Under the pieces are notes generated by a model. It ran no database searches and was not told where the DNA came from. It saw only the letters and a program-made list of their open reading frames with translations. A DNA stretch of 64,000 bases from Escherichia phage BF15: the sequence record MW822007.1; one strand, written 5' to 3'. Positions 29,708 through 43,205 of this stretch are shown piece by piece (the first letter of the stretch is position 1; every line of letters begins with the position of its first letter). A program made the position numbers and the translations under genes.

Positions 29708-29708
<1 letters not shown>
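29511..29708 (-). CDS. hypothetical protein (cd.5 position)
   Basis: 65-aa ORF. Confidence 0.4.
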
Positions 29709-30908
<1,200 letters not shown>

Positions 30909-30912
<4 letters not shown>

Positions 30913-31139
30913 TTATTTTTCTCAACCAATGATTGAATATAATCATGCAGGTCTTTAGATGCTTTACCCCACTTATTTTGGTATTCATTTTTAAGATTAG
31001 CACGTGATTGAGCTAATAAAACATCATTAGTTGGAGGTAAAGATTCTAATCGTTGAATCTGGCGTCCATAAATCATTGCAGCCATCTCGGATTCATAAAT
31101 CAATCCTTTGAGATGTTCAAATTGATGCCATGAAATCAT
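30909..31139 (-). CDS. hypothetical protein
   Basis: 76-aa ORF. Confidence 0.4.
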
Positions 31140-31435
31140 TTACATTTATCCTCTTTTAGCTCTTGACGATAATAACATATCATAGTTTTTTGGTCATGTA
31201 CATATCGTTTTACATCATTAAGCCAAATACGAAATTCCTGGGAATCTTCAAATGGCATACCAACCCAAGCTTTACCATCAATAACTTTAACTTGCCAGGA
31301 TAGTTTAGCTTCATCATATGACTTTATTTGTACTGGCCAATTAGGATGAACTGTTTCTTTCTTTACTTCTAAAGGCTTTGTCGAACAACCAACTAGAAGA
31401 CCAATAGATAATATTACTGCTGATAGTTTAATCAT
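31136..31435 (-). CDS. putative lipoprotein
   Basis: 99 aa; N-terminal signal peptide with lipobox-like LLVGC. Confidence 0.5.
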   Translation of the reverse strand: MIKLSAVILSIGLLVGCSTKPLEVKKETVHPNWPVQIKSYDEAKLSWQVKVIDGKAWVGMPFEDSQEFRIWLNDVKRYVHDQKTMICYYRQELKEDKCK

Positions 31436-31785
31436 TTAGAAAGGTCCTGGATGTCTTCTGCGAACTTGTTGAAGGAGTTGTTGATTTGTTTTTCAACCAA
31501 TCCTGGCTTATGAGCCACCACATCCGCCTTCTTTGCATCTTTGCGCAGTTTTTCATTTTCACGCTCAATAGCAGCAATTGCCTCACGATTTTTATTATTC
31601 ATCGCATCAATATAATTATACTGAATTCGCAAATTATCTAATGCTAAAGCGTTTTCATTGGCCGTTTTTGTAATTTCAGTAACCGATGTTTCTAATCTTT
31701 CTACCTTATTTTTTAAAATAATAGATGTTCCGCCAAATGCTATTACAAGTAATAGCAATCCAGCTGTAAAATTACTTACATGCAT
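31432..31785 (-). CDS. membrane-anchored coiled-coil protein
   Basis: 117 aa; N-terminal hydrophobic helix then heptad-like charged region. Confidence 0.45.
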   Translation of the reverse strand: MHVSNFTAGLLLLVIAFGGTSIILKNKVERLETSVTEITKTANENALALDNLRIQYNYIDAMNNKNREAIAAIERENEKLRKDAKKADVVAHKPGLVEKQINNSFNKFAEDIQDLSK

Positions 31786-32279
31786 AAAGTTTTAATAACC
31801 TCTACAATATCGTCTTGAGAAAGACCGTTAATTAAAATATGATGTTCAGCTGGAGATTTAGAAATTTTAAAACATGCCTCAACATCTTCTGCCATATCTG
31901 ATGCACTACGATTTGGATTACTAATTCCAAGACGATGTTTTCCCGTCAAAGGATTAACGATGATGTAGCATTTACAGTTGTTAATATGAACATTAGGTTG
32001 AGTCTGATTAATGAACACATCACAATCATATTTCGCAAGCTGATTTTCTAAAAAGACTTTCATCTCCTCAACTGCGTCAGGAAGCATATCACGGGCTTGC
32101 TCAAGACGACGATTTCGATATTCTTTGATGGTCGTTTTCCGCTTGACTTGCTTAGCTAAATCTTTCTTAAGATCGGTGATATATCCAACTCGACGATTTC
32201 CTTTAAATACAGAAATCCCATCTGTAGTATCACCGTATGCTTCAACGACCATTTCAGTAGTAATAAGCTGTAAATCCAT
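31776..32279 (-). CDS. alc: Alc, inhibitor of host transcription on cytosine-containing DNA
   Basis: About 167 aa from the second Met; position between pseT.x and rnlA as in T4; strong early promoter upstream. Confidence 0.75.
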   Translation of the reverse strand: MDLQLITTEMVVEAYGDTTDGISVFKGNRRVGYITDLKKDLAKQVKRKTTIKEYRNRRLEQARDMLPDAVEEMKVFLENQLAKYDCDVFINQTQPNVHINNCKCYIIVNPLTGKHRLGISNPNRSASDMAEDVEACFKISKSPAEHHILINGLSQDDIVEVIKTLCM

Positions 32280-32287
32280 CATAAAGT

Positions 32288-32340
32288 CCTCATGTTATGT
32301 CAGTAAGTCTACTATAACACAACACGAGGGACTTGTAAAC
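32288..32340 (-). promoter_or_regulatory. early promoter plus leader; identical copy of the 16861-16913 cassette
   Basis: 53 nt identical to the cassette at 16861-16913, including -35 GTTTAC, -10 and GAGGA RBS. Confidence 0.55.
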
Positions 32341-32343
32341 AGC

Positions 32344-33931
<1,588 letters not shown>

Positions 33932-33939
33932 AATAAAAT

Positions 33940-33953
33940 GGGCCTTGCGGCCC
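33940..33953 (-). other. intercistronic RNA hairpin between nrdB and denA
   Basis: GGGCC-GCAA-GGCCC hairpin on the minus strand between the nrdB stop and the denA RBS. Confidence 0.45.
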
Positions 33954-33958
33954 ACTCC

Positions 33959-35137
33959 TTAAAAATATTTTTTAAAACTCATCATAACTTTATCATCAAC
34001 ATCATTATCAATCTGTGCTACAAGGTAAGATGATAGTTCTACTTCTTGCGGCGCGGATTGAACATTATCAGAATTAAGGTATTCACGAATCCAAGGATAT
34101 GGATGTTTAACCGGAGCATCGGTAATTGGGCATGGAAGACCGCACTGTTTCATACGAGATACAGTTAAGTAATCAATAAAGCTCCACATGCTATTTGTAT
34201 TTAATCCAGGAACATCACCATCTTTAAATAAATGAACTGCCCAATCTTTTTCTTGGCGGTTAACTTCCATGAAAATATCAACTGCTTCTTGTTCACACTC
34301 TTGGGCAATTTTAACCCATTCATCACCATCAGTGCCAAGCTGAAGTTGACGAATAATATATTGGGTGCCTTTAAGGTGAAGCTGCTCATCACGAGCAATG
34401 AACTTCATAATCTTGGCATTACCTTCCATGATTTCCATGTTCTTATGGAAGTTAAAGGTACATGCGAAAGATACATAAAAACGAATAGCTTCCAATGCGT
34501 TGATTACATGAAGGCAAAGATAAAGAGATTTCATTAGTGCTCGTTTAGCTTCGGCTTCTTGTTTAATAGCTCGATTTAAACGAAAATCAGCATCAGGAGA
34601 TTCTTTAGCTAGTTCTACAAATTCTTTAGCATTTTCCCATTCACGGGTCTTCTTAAGAACATCATCGTAATAGCGACCAATGGACTCAGCGCGTTTCATA
34701 ATATCTTCATCTAATACAATCTCATCAAATACCTTTGATGGGTCAGTATAAAGATTTCGCATGATATGAGTATATGAACGACTGTGAATAGTTTCACTAA
34801 AAGTCCATGTAGCAACCCATGTATCAAGGCTTGGGTCTGAAATTAATGACATAAGTACTGCAGACGGTGCACGACCCTGAATGCTATCTAGAAGTGATTG
34901 ATACTTCAGGTTATTAGTAAAAATATCTTGCTGATACTGAGGAAGCTTGTTAAATTGTGCAGCATCCATCATCAAGTTTACTTCTTCAGGGCGCCAGAAA
35001 AATGATAATTGCTTTTCGGTTAAATCTTCAAAAACTTTATGGCGTTGAATATCATAACGCGCAATACCAAGACCTGAACCGAAGAACATAGGTTCTTTTA
35101 AAACATCAACTGGATTTGTATTAAAAACTGTGCTCAT
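33959..35137 (-). CDS. nrdB: ribonucleotide reductase small subunit NrdB (uninterrupted, no intron)
   Basis: 392 aa in a single continuous frame. Confidence 0.9.
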   Translation of the reverse strand: MSTVFNTNPVDVLKEPMFFGSGLGIARYDIQRHKVFEDLTEKQLSFFWRPEEVNLMMDAAQFNKLPQYQQDIFTNNLKYQSLLDSIQGRAPSAVLMSLISDPSLDTWVATWTFSETIHSRSYTHIMRNLYTDPSKVFDEIVLDEDIMKRAESIGRYYDDVLKKTREWENAKEFVELAKESPDADFRLNRAIKQEAEAKRALMKSLYLCLHVINALEAIRFYVSFACTFNFHKNMEIMEGNAKIMKFIARDEQLHLKGTQYIIRQLQLGTDGDEWVKIAQECEQEAVDIFMEVNRQEKDWAVHLFKDGDVPGLNTNSMWSFIDYLTVSRMKQCGLPCPITDAPVKHPYPWIREYLNSDNVQSAPQEVELSSYLVAQIDNDVDDKVMMSFKKYF

Positions 35138-35188
35138 AAATTTTCCGCTTAGTTAATAGATAGTGACTCGTCCGTGAGTCAAATTATA

Positions 35189-37453
35189 TCATAATTTACA
35201 GGATGAACAATCTTCAGCTTTTGGAGTTTCTATTTCATAATCATCAGTACCAGAACCATCACGGGTATTATGATAATAGAAATTTTTTCCGCCAAAATAC
35301 CAAAAGTACAAAAGGTCATCAATCATTACAGACATTGGAACCTTTCCTTTTGGAAAAATCTGCGGGTCATAATATGTATTCGCTGAAGCTGATTGACACA
35401 CCCATTTCAGCATAATAGCTACCTGCGTAAGATAAGGTTTATTACCTTTCTTAGCTAATTTCCACGTATAATCATAGAGGTCTATGTTATGCTCAATATT
35501 GGGCACGACTTGATTAAAGGAACCCTCTTTTGATTCTTTAACAGAGACTGGTCCACGTGGAGGCTCGATACCGTTTGTACTGTTAGAAACTTGGGAAGAT
35601 GACTCACATGGCATAAGTGCTGATAATGTGCTATTACGGATGCCAAAGAGCTTAAGGTCTTCCCGCAGCGCCGACCAGTCACAAACGTATTTTGGAGCTG
35701 CGATTTGGTCAATCTTTTTATTGTACCAGTCGATAGGTAATTCGCCTCGAGACCAACGAGTGTCTGAATAATATTCGCAAGGTCCTTTTTCTTTGGCGAG
35801 CTTAATGGATGCTTTAATGAGTCCATACTGTAATCTCTCAAATAGTTCATGTGTTAAATCGTTAGCATCTTCATAAGAAGCAAAGTTACTTGCCAGCCAA
35901 GCTGCATAGTTAGTAACACCTACGCCAAGGTTTCGACGTTTTTTAGCTTTTTCTGCTTCAGGAACTGGATATCCTTGGTAGTCCAAAAGATTATCAAGAG
36001 CGCGAACTTGGACTTCTGCCAATTCATTAATTTTATCTTGGTCTTGCCAATCGAAGTTATCCAACACAAATGCAGACAATGTACACAATCCAATTTCGGC
36101 ATCAGGACTATTCACGTCATTTGTTGGAATAGCAATTTCACAGCACAAGTTACTCTGGCGAATAGGTGCCTTTTCACGAATAAACGGAGTATAGTTATTC
36201 GTATTATCAATGAACTGTACATAAATCCTTGCTGTTCCTGATCGTTCAGTCATGAGCAATTCAAACAGTTCACGGGCTTTAATACGCTTTTTACGAATAT
36301 TAGGGTCTTTTTCTGCGGCTTCATATAATTCACGGAAACGGTCTTGGTCTTTAAAATAAGAATAATAAAGCTCGCCACCCATTTCATGTGGACTAAACAA
36401 AGTAATGTAATCGTTCTTTCCAAAACGTTCCATCATCAAATCATTCAGCTGGACACCATAATCCATATGACGGATACGGTTTTCTTCTACGCCTTTGTTA
36501 TTTTTCAAAACGAGAAGATTTTCAACTTCCAAATGCCAAATAGGATAATAAGCAGTAGCAGCGCCGCCACGAATTCCGCCCTGTGAACATGATTTAACAG
36601 CAGTCTGAAAATGTTTCCAAAAAGGAATAACACCAGTATGACGCACTTCACCTGTGCCAATCTTAGAACCTTCGGCACGAATCATACCAACGTTAATGCC
36701 GATTCCAGCTCGTTTGGAGATATATTCAACAATTGAAGCAGAAGCTTTGTTGATAGACTTCAGCGAATCACCTGCCTCAATAACAACGCATGAACTAAAC
36801 TGCCGAGTTGGAGTACGACAACCAGCCATAATAGGAGTTGGCAATGAAATCTGTCGAGTAGATACTGCTTCATAAAAACGAATAACATGTTTTAATCTAT
36901 CAACAGGTTCATCTTGATGCAATGCCATTCCAATAGTCATAAATGCAAACTGTGGAGTTTCATAAATTTGACCAGTGGTTTTATCTTTAACTAGATATTT
37001 TTCTTTTAACTGCATCGCCCCGGAATAAGTAAATTCCATATCCCGCTCGTGCTTAATTTTTGATTCTAAAAATGTAATTTCTTCTGCTGAATATTTTGAC
37101 AACAGTTCAGGGTCGTATTTACCTTCATTTACGCAGTAAGAAATATGGTCAATAAATGAACGTGGTTCATATTGCCCGTAAACATGCTTACGAAGAGCGA
37201 ACATTAAACAGCGCGCAGCTACATATTGATAATCAGGCTCTTCAACTGAAATAGAATTCGCAGCAGCCTTAATTACAATGGTTTGAATGTCATCAGTTGT
37301 CATTCCATCACGGAGATATGATTTAATATTTTCATATAATTCATAAGGATCTACAGATGTTCCTTCAGCTGCCCAAGATAAAACTTTAATAATTTTTTGT
37401 GGGTCAAAGCTTTGAGAAACACCGCTACTTTTGATAACATTAATTAATTGCAT
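35189..37453 (-). CDS. nrdA: ribonucleotide reductase large subunit NrdA
   Basis: 754 aa; class I RNR large subunit with C-terminal Cys pair. Confidence 0.95.
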   Translation of the reverse strand: MQLINVIKSSGVSQSFDPQKIIKVLSWAAEGTSVDPYELYENIKSYLRDGMTTDDIQTIVIKAAANSISVEEPDYQYVAARCLMFALRKHVYGQYEPRSFIDHISYCVNEGKYDPELLSKYSAEEITFLESKIKHERDMEFTYSGAMQLKEKYLVKDKTTGQIYETPQFAFMTIGMALHQDEPVDRLKHVIRFYEAVSTRQISLPTPIMAGCRTPTRQFSSCVVIEAGDSLKSINKASASIVEYISKRAGIGINVGMIRAEGSKIGTGEVRHTGVIPFWKHFQTAVKSCSQGGIRGGAATAYYPIWHLEVENLLVLKNNKGVEENRIRHMDYGVQLNDLMMERFGKNDYITLFSPHEMGGELYYSYFKDQDRFRELYEAAEKDPNIRKKRIKARELFELLMTERSGTARIYVQFIDNTNNYTPFIREKAPIRQSNLCCEIAIPTNDVNSPDAEIGLCTLSAFVLDNFDWQDQDKINELAEVQVRALDNLLDYQGYPVPEAEKAKKRRNLGVGVTNYAAWLASNFASYEDANDLTHELFERLQYGLIKASIKLAKEKGPCEYYSDTRWSRGELPIDWYNKKIDQIAAPKYVCDWSALREDLKLFGIRNSTLSALMPCESSSQVSNSTNGIEPPRGPVSVKESKEGSFNQVVPNIEHNIDLYDYTWKLAKKGNKPYLTQVAIMLKWVCQSASANTYYDPQIFPKGKVPMSVMIDDLLYFWYFGGKNFYYHNTRDGSGTDDYEIETPKAEDCSSCKL

Positions 37454-37770
37454 AAGTCCTCAACTTGAAAATCGTCTTTAAACAATCGGTTAACTATATG
37501 AGCTATTATATCACCATGACACGGCTTTGGTTTACATGTGCATCCTAGCCTCATTCCACGTAAAGGCTCTAAATGTGCTTTAGTTATTTCTCCGGATTTA
37601 ATTCGACGTATAAAATCTTTTTTGAATAATTCAATGGCAGCCTCCCGGCTGCCAGCATCTTTACCGACGTAATTTCCCCAAAATGTACCACGGTGAATAT
37701 TAACATCAAAGTCGGATTTATATTTATTCACTACCCGGCATAGACGGCCCACGCTGGAATAATTCGTCAT
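37444..37770 (-). CDS. hypothetical protein with C-x-C…PCHGD motif (nrdA.1 position)
   Basis: 108 aa; motif [12 protein letters not shown]. Confidence 0.5.
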   Translation of the reverse strand: MTNYSSVGRLCRVVNKYKSDFDVNIHRGTFWGNYVGKDAGSREAAIELFKKDFIRRIKSGEITKAHLEPLRGMRLGCTCKPKPCHGDIIAHIVNRLFKDDFQVEDLCN

Positions 37771-37987
37771 ATTGTTTTTCCGTTAAAACAGTAATATCAT
37801 AATAACAATCAGAAGAAGTTTTAACTGTGGAAATTTTATTATCAAAATACTCACGAGTCATTTTATGAGTATAATATTTTTTGCCATAAATGATAATAGG
37901 CTGTTCTGGCCCTGGAACTTCTAACTCGCTTGGGTTAGGAAGTGTAAAAAGAACTACACCAGAAGTATCTTTAAATCGTAAAATCAT
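37724..37987 (-). CDS. hypothetical protein (nrdA.2 position)
   Basis: 87-aa ORF. Confidence 0.45.
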   Translation of the reverse strand: MILRFKDTSGVVLFTLPNPSELEVPGPEQPIIIYGKKYYTHKMTREYFDNKISTVKTSSDCYYDITVLTEKQYDELFQRGPSMPGSE

Positions 37988-38010
37988 ATATCCTCACAAT
38001 TAATAATTAA

Positions 38011-38871
38011 TTACACCGCCATTTTTCCTTTAATAGGAGGGTGTGATTCGTAACCTTTAAGAACGAAATCTTTAGGCCTGAGTTTAAGAACATATTCCAA
38101 TTGTTCTTTAGTAGAAAGATGGCGGAATTTATAAGGCAATCCGCCTATTACCAGTTCACAAAGCTCTTTAGGTTCACGACGTAAAATTTCTTTACATTGT
38201 TCCACGTGATTCATATAGATATGAGTATTACCGCCAGAAAATATCAAATCTCCAGGAATAAGATTACACATCTTAGCTACAATATGAACTAATGCAGCAT
38301 ATGATGCAATATTAAATGGAAGACCGAGGAAAACATCTACCGAACGTTGATACCACTGCAAATCCAAATAGCCATTACGCACATTAAACTGATAGAACAT
38401 ATGACAAGGCGGTAATGCCATATATTTAAGTTCAGCTGGATTCCACGCAGAAACAATTTGACGCCTATCATTTGGTAGTTTTTTAATACGATCAACAACT
38501 TCTACAATTTGGTCTACACCGCCAAAATCACGCCACTGTTTTCCATAAATTGGACCAAGTTCACCACTATGATATCCTAAATCTTTTGCTTGATTTTCGT
38601 AATTTTCATCCCAGACTGTTTTGCCTTGAATTAATGAATCATGTTGAATTAATCGCAAATCATTGACATTTGTGCTTCCTGATAAAAACCATATTAGCTC
38701 AGCGATGCAAGCTTTCCAAGCGAGCTTCTTAGTCGTTACTGCAGGAAAACCTTTAGTTAAATCCCAGCGTAATTTAGTACCGAACAAAGCAATTGTTCCT
38801 GTGCCTGTTCGGTCATCGGTTTCATAGCCGTTTTCAAAAATGTCTTTAATTAAATCTTGGTATTGTTTCAT
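38011..38871 (-). CDS. td: thymidylate synthase (uninterrupted, no intron)
   Basis: 286 aa; active-site region ALPPCHMFYQF; single continuous frame. Confidence 0.95.
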   Translation of the reverse strand: MKQYQDLIKDIFENGYETDDRTGTGTIALFGTKLRWDLTKGFPAVTTKKLAWKACIAELIWFLSGSTNVNDLRLIQHDSLIQGKTVWDENYENQAKDLGYHSGELGPIYGKQWRDFGGVDQIVEVVDRIKKLPNDRRQIVSAWNPAELKYMALPPCHMFYQFNVRNGYLDLQWYQRSVDVFLGLPFNIASYAALVHIVAKMCNLIPGDLIFSGGNTHIYMNHVEQCKEILRREPKELCELVIGGLPYKFRHLSTKEQLEYVLKLRPKDFVLKGYESHPPIKGKMAV

Positions 38872-38916
38872 TTAGTACCTTATATAAATTATAATACATT
38901 TTATGAAGCTAAATAA

Positions 38917-39276
38917 TCAATACGGTTTAGCATCAAATTTTCTTTCGATTTCAGGAGTGAAATATAATTCTTTACCACGCTTGGAAAAGCGACCAATAAT
39001 ATGATAATTATTCTCATCAAACGTGATATTGCCAATATCCATAGCTTTCAACCAAATATCGATATTTCTATCCAGCTTTATATCAAAATTCCAATACGGA
39101 GAACTATTACCGAAAATACTGCAAGCGGATTCAGTGAAACAACTGCTATAAATCTTGTCTTTAGGAACTACTAATTGATAGACACCTTTAATAAACTGAG
39201 GACCCTGCCATTTTGGTTGTTTCGCGTCTTTTTCCAATAGAATAGGGTAATAATTAAAGCTCATATTTTCCGCCAC
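38917..39276 (-). CDS. hypothetical protein inserted between frd and td
   Basis: 119-aa ORF with no recognisable motif occupying the frd-td junction. Confidence 0.5.
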   Translation of the reverse strand: MAENMSFNYYPILLEKDAKQPKWQGPQFIKGVYQLVVPKDKIYSSCFTESACSIFGNSSPYWNFDIKLDRNIDIWLKAMDIGNITFDENNYHIIGRFSKRGKELYFTPEIERKFDAKPY

Positions 39277-39284
39277 GCGTTATT

Positions 39285-40111
<827 letters not shown>

Positions 40112-40119
40112 ATTATCTC

Positions 40120-40455
40120 CTAATATAAAGGATCGGGAACATATCCACTGGCTTTAATCATTTTAATTAACGTTAACATTCCTTTATTAACTGCTCGTGA
40201 GATTTCATCAAAAACTTCATCACTAAAAAGTTCTAACACACCCTTCTGAACTTTTAATTTACATCCAACGATTTCGTCATCGCCTATAATAAATTCATTT
40301 CCGCCAATTCCACCGAAAAACTTAATTACACCAGTTAACTGTCTTCCACGAGAATATGGGTCGTGTGATAAAGTAATATGAGTCACCCCAGGTACAGTTT
40401 TAAATTGGCAGCGGATGTTTACTTGGGCAATTCCAGTTACGTGAATGTCAGACAT
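40120..40455 (-). CDS. hypothetical protein (frd.x position)
   Basis: 111-aa ORF. Confidence 0.45.
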   Translation of the reverse strand: MSDIHVTGIAQVNIRCQFKTVPGVTHITLSHDPYSRGRQLTGVIKFFGGIGGNEFIIGDDEIVGCKLKVQKGVLELFSDEVFDEISRAVNKGMLTLIKMIKASGYVPDPLY

Positions 40456-40465
40456 AATATTTTCC

Positions 40466-40708
40466 TCAAACAGACTTTTTCACAATTTTCCAATCAGCTT
40501 TAAACTGATCGACGTCAGAATGGTAAATCCAGAATCCTGCGCTTTCTCCATCCTCATAAAGAGGGCATCCATCGCATTCATCTTCCCATCCCATATCACG
40601 CAAAAGACGTTCAGCTTTTTCAACAAGTTCAGAATCTTTACCGATGATATTAAAATACCATTTACCCCTAACTTCTGAATCTTTAATGCTCTGACGTTGT
40701 AATCTCAT
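40466..40708 (-). CDS. hypothetical protein (frd.x position)
   Basis: 80-aa ORF with early promoter upstream. Confidence 0.45.
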   Translation of the reverse strand: MRLQRQSIKDSEVRGKWYFNIIGKDSELVEKAERLLRDMGWEDECDGCPLYEDGESAGFWIYHSDVDQFKADWKIVKKSV

Positions 40709-40726
40709 TTTATTCTCCTTAGTTGA

Positions 40727-40763
40727 TAGGGTAATAATATCACACTACTACCCTACTGTAAAC
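40727..40763 (-). promoter_or_regulatory. early promoter with 7-bp inverted repeat flanking the -10 element
   Basis: Forward TAGGGTA…TACCCTA bracket ATAATATCACACTAC; GTTTAC -35 on the minus strand. Confidence 0.45.
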
Positions 40764-41128
40764 TACTTTTTGAAAGTTTTTCGCAAAAGTTCAATGATTT
40801 CATCTACATTGTTTTCGTCTACAATGCAATGAATTTTTGTTACGCCAGAAATCTTGTCTTCGACTTCATCTTCTTCAGAAATCGGTTCTTTATACTCGCG
40901 GAAACAATGAAATTCGTCTTCGCAGACGTTGAAGTAAAAATGCTTTCCATTTGCGCATTCAATGTGTTTTATTACTCTAAATCCATCAGCAGAGAAAGCT
41001 TCTTTAACTTCAAACCATCCACCATTTTCTTGAATAATTTTAACTATTGATGAATTAGAACGTGGGCGATAATTAATAAATGTATTAATAAGTCTTGGAA
41101 CAAGCTCATACTTTTTGCCAATATACAT
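40763..41128 (-). CDS. hypothetical protein
   Basis: 121-aa ORF. Confidence 0.45.
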   Translation of the reverse strand: MYIGKKYELVPRLINTFINYRPRSNSSIVKIIQENGGWFEVKEAFSADGFRVIKHIECANGKHFYFNVCEDEFHCFREYKEPISEEDEVEDKISGVTKIHCIVDENNVDEIIELLRKTFKK

Positions 41129-41171
41129 TGCGTTTTCCTCATTTTAACGGGGCTTGATAGCCCCTTGATAA

Positions 41172-41420
41172 TTACTGCTCAATAAATCCTGTGTAAAATT
41201 CTACATCTTCAGCATCCATACCGTCACAATATTCATTAACCATAAATTGTTTAAGACGATTTAAAGGGCCTTCAATAACAACTGAAACATTGCAATTGGG
41301 GTCATTTAGTGCGCTTGTAATACGGAGTTCAGGATAACGATTACGAATAATTTCTTCAATATATTCAAAATCAACAACATCAATATCAATTTTAGCCATG
41401 TTATTTTCCTCTTTAATCAT
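41172..41420 (-). CDS. hypothetical protein
   Basis: 82-aa acidic ORF; early promoter upstream. Confidence 0.45.
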   Translation of the reverse strand: MIKEENNMAKIDIDVVDFEYIEEIIRNRYPELRITSALNDPNCNVSVVIEGPLNRLKQFMVNEYCDGMDAEDVEFYTGFIEQ

Positions 41421-41443
41421 CAGCAGTATTGCCGATAGTTGTA

Positions 41444-41490
41444 TAGTACCACAAAGCTTTATGCTTGTAAACAGTTTTGTGAAAAAATTT
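41444..41490 (-). promoter_or_regulatory. early promoter, member of the conserved GATAGTTGTATAGTACCACA family
   Basis: Minus strand A-rich UP element, GTTTAC, then TGGTACTATACAACTATC; near-identical to copies near 58039 and 61676. Confidence 0.5.
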
Positions 41491-41521
41491 TGAAATAAAA
41501 AAGGGGACCTCTAGGGTCCCC
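41488..41521 (-). terminator. rho-independent terminator downstream of gene 32
   Basis: GGGGACC-CTAGA-GGTCCCC hairpin on the minus strand followed by TTTTTTATTT. Confidence 0.65.
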
Positions 41522-41543
41522 AATTAATTAGTAATATAATCTA

Positions 41544-42452
41544 TTAAAGGTCATTCAAAAGGTCATCCAGGTCCGTGTCATCAGCACTAGATGAACTGCC
41601 AGAGCTTGAGCTCATAAAATCATCTTCAGTTTTTGTTTTGAAGTCATCAACATTGAATGCATCCAAATCATCAGCAACTTTATCAGCTTTCTTAGCGGCA
41701 GTTGCTGCGGCACCACCCATAGCAGCAGTTCCCATAACTTGACTGAACTTAGTGCTCAGTTCTTCAAACGATTTGAATTTATCTTTAGAAGTCATTTCAG
41801 AAAGGTCAACCATTTGTTCGAACAATTCTTTCTGGAAAGATTCATCATCAATGTTTGGAATCGCAGATTGATTCAGGAATTTAGATTCGTCGTAGTTACT
41901 AAAACCAGAAACTTGTTTAACTTTCAGTACAAAGTTAGCACCTTCCCACGGACAAGTTACATCAACCGGAGTTTCACCCATTTCAACATCAACTGCAATC
42001 ATTGCATTGATTTTATCCCAGATTTTCTTACCGAAACGGTATTTAAATACTTTACCTTCATTTTCTGGAGCAGCTGGGTCTTTTACTACAAGAATGTTAG
42101 CCCAGTAAGAAGTTTTACGTTTAACAAGACCGTACTCTTTATTGTCAGTGTTGTACAAATCATTTTTACTGATGTACTGACATACTGGACAAGAATCGTA
42201 ATCACCGTGGGTAGATGAACAGTTTTCAATATACCATTTACCATTTTTCTTGAAACCGTGATTTACAAGAATTGCGAATGGCGCTTGTTCATCATTTTTA
42301 GACGGAAGAAAACGAATTACTGCTTGACCGTTACCCGCATTATCGAGTTTCAGTTTCCACTCGCCTTTATCTTCAGAAGAAAAACCACCTTTATTTCCAG
42401 CCAGTTTAGCCATTTGTGCAGCGAGTTCAGCAGTAGATTTACGTTTAAACAT
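41544..42452 (-). CDS. 32: single-stranded DNA-binding protein gp32
   Basis: 302 aa; acidic Ser/Asp-rich C-terminal tail; position and length as T4 gp32. Confidence 0.95.
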   Translation of the reverse strand: MFKRKSTAELAAQMAKLAGNKGGFSSEDKGEWKLKLDNAGNGQAVIRFLPSKNDEQAPFAILVNHGFKKNGKWYIENCSSTHGDYDSCPVCQYISKNDLYNTDNKEYGLVKRKTSYWANILVVKDPAAPENEGKVFKYRFGKKIWDKINAMIAVDVEMGETPVDVTCPWEGANFVLKVKQVSGFSNYDESKFLNQSAIPNIDDESFQKELFEQMVDLSEMTSKDKFKSFEELSTKFSQVMGTAAMGGAAATAAKKADKVADDLDAFNVDDFKTKTEDDFMSSSSGSSSSADDTDLDDLLNDL

Positions 42453-42530
42453 TTTTATTTCCTTTTTAATTTAATTAACAGTTGGTGCTATGACGATGTA
42501 TGACCTCATAGCTGGTCAGTGAGATAATTA
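42453..42530 (-). promoter_or_regulatory. gene 32 autoregulatory translational operator (5' leader pseudoknot plus A/U-rich gp32 binding tract)
   Basis: Leader reads …GACCAGCTATGAGGTCATACATCGTCATAGC… then TTAAATTAAAAAGGAAATAAAA-ATG, matching the known T4 gene 32 operator layout. Confidence 0.55.
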
Positions 42531-42535
42531 TAATC

Positions 42536-42543
42536 TATTTATA
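42536..42543 (-). promoter_or_regulatory. late promoter TATAAATA (minus) upstream of gene 32
   Basis: Forward TATTTATA about 85 nt upstream of the gene 32 ATG. Confidence 0.45.
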
Positions 42544-42551
42544 ATAAGCAA

Positions 42552-43205
42552 TTAATACTTGCAAGATTTCACAGTTTCAATGAAAACACTTTTAGCTTTC
42601 TGTGAATCAATATTTAAAATTTTTCTATAAGCCTTTAACTTTATAGAATAATTATTCCAGACTAAATTATCAGTCTGTTCATCATGTTTATCAATTATAT
42701 TTAAAAACGAATCAAGCAAGATAAACGTCTCAAACGAAATTATATTCGATTGAAGTAGTTTAAAAATATAACTTGATTGAACTTTTGGATTATACTCAAA
42801 GATTTCTTTAAAAGCAGAAACTTCAACTTTTTTACTAAAATAATAAATGTTGCGAATATCTTCTTCAAACTTAAATTTAATTTGCTTTAAGCGTCCGATA
42901 TATTCACGATAAAACACAAGTGCATCAGCGTCAGAGATGTCACCAATCCAAGCATCCTGGTTAGCAACAAGATTGCTTATAAAGATTAAAGCAAGTTCCT
43001 TTAATTTATATTTTTCTGATAACTTCTGGAAAAAATACTTATCCCTTCGCTTTTGATAAGCGGCATCAGACACCCGCATGCACCAATTATACTTAATTAC
43101 ATCATACTTTCCATTCATATGTTGTTTTATCATTAAGTATAATTTATAAACTGATTTACCATCAATGTATCTTTCACCACCAGCAGGCATGCGGAGTTTA
43201 ATCAT
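42552..43205 (-). CDS. 59: gp59 helicase loader
   Basis: 217 aa, same length and position as T4 gp59. Confidence 0.9.
   Translation of the reverse strand: MIKLRMPAGGERYIDGKSVYKLYLMIKQHMNGKYDVIKYNWCMRVSDAAYQKRRDKYFFQKLSEKYKLKELALIFISNLVANQDAWIGDISDADALVFYREYIGRLKQIKFKFEEDIRNIYYFSKKVEVSAFKEIFEYNPKVQSSYIFKLLQSNIISFETFILLDSFLNIIDKHDEQTDNLVWNNYSIKLKAYRKILNIDSQKAKSVFIETVKSCKY

Noticed and set aside
33932-33955. N-terminal extension of denA in the ORF track (start at 33955)
   Set aside because: The extension would read through the GGGCC-GCAA-GGCCC intercistronic hairpin; the downstream Met at 33931 gives the expected roughly 136-aa protein.
38011-38871. Expected group I intron in td (and in nrdB at 33959-35137)
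   Set aside because: Both genes translate as single uninterrupted ORFs of the expected full length, so no intron is present.
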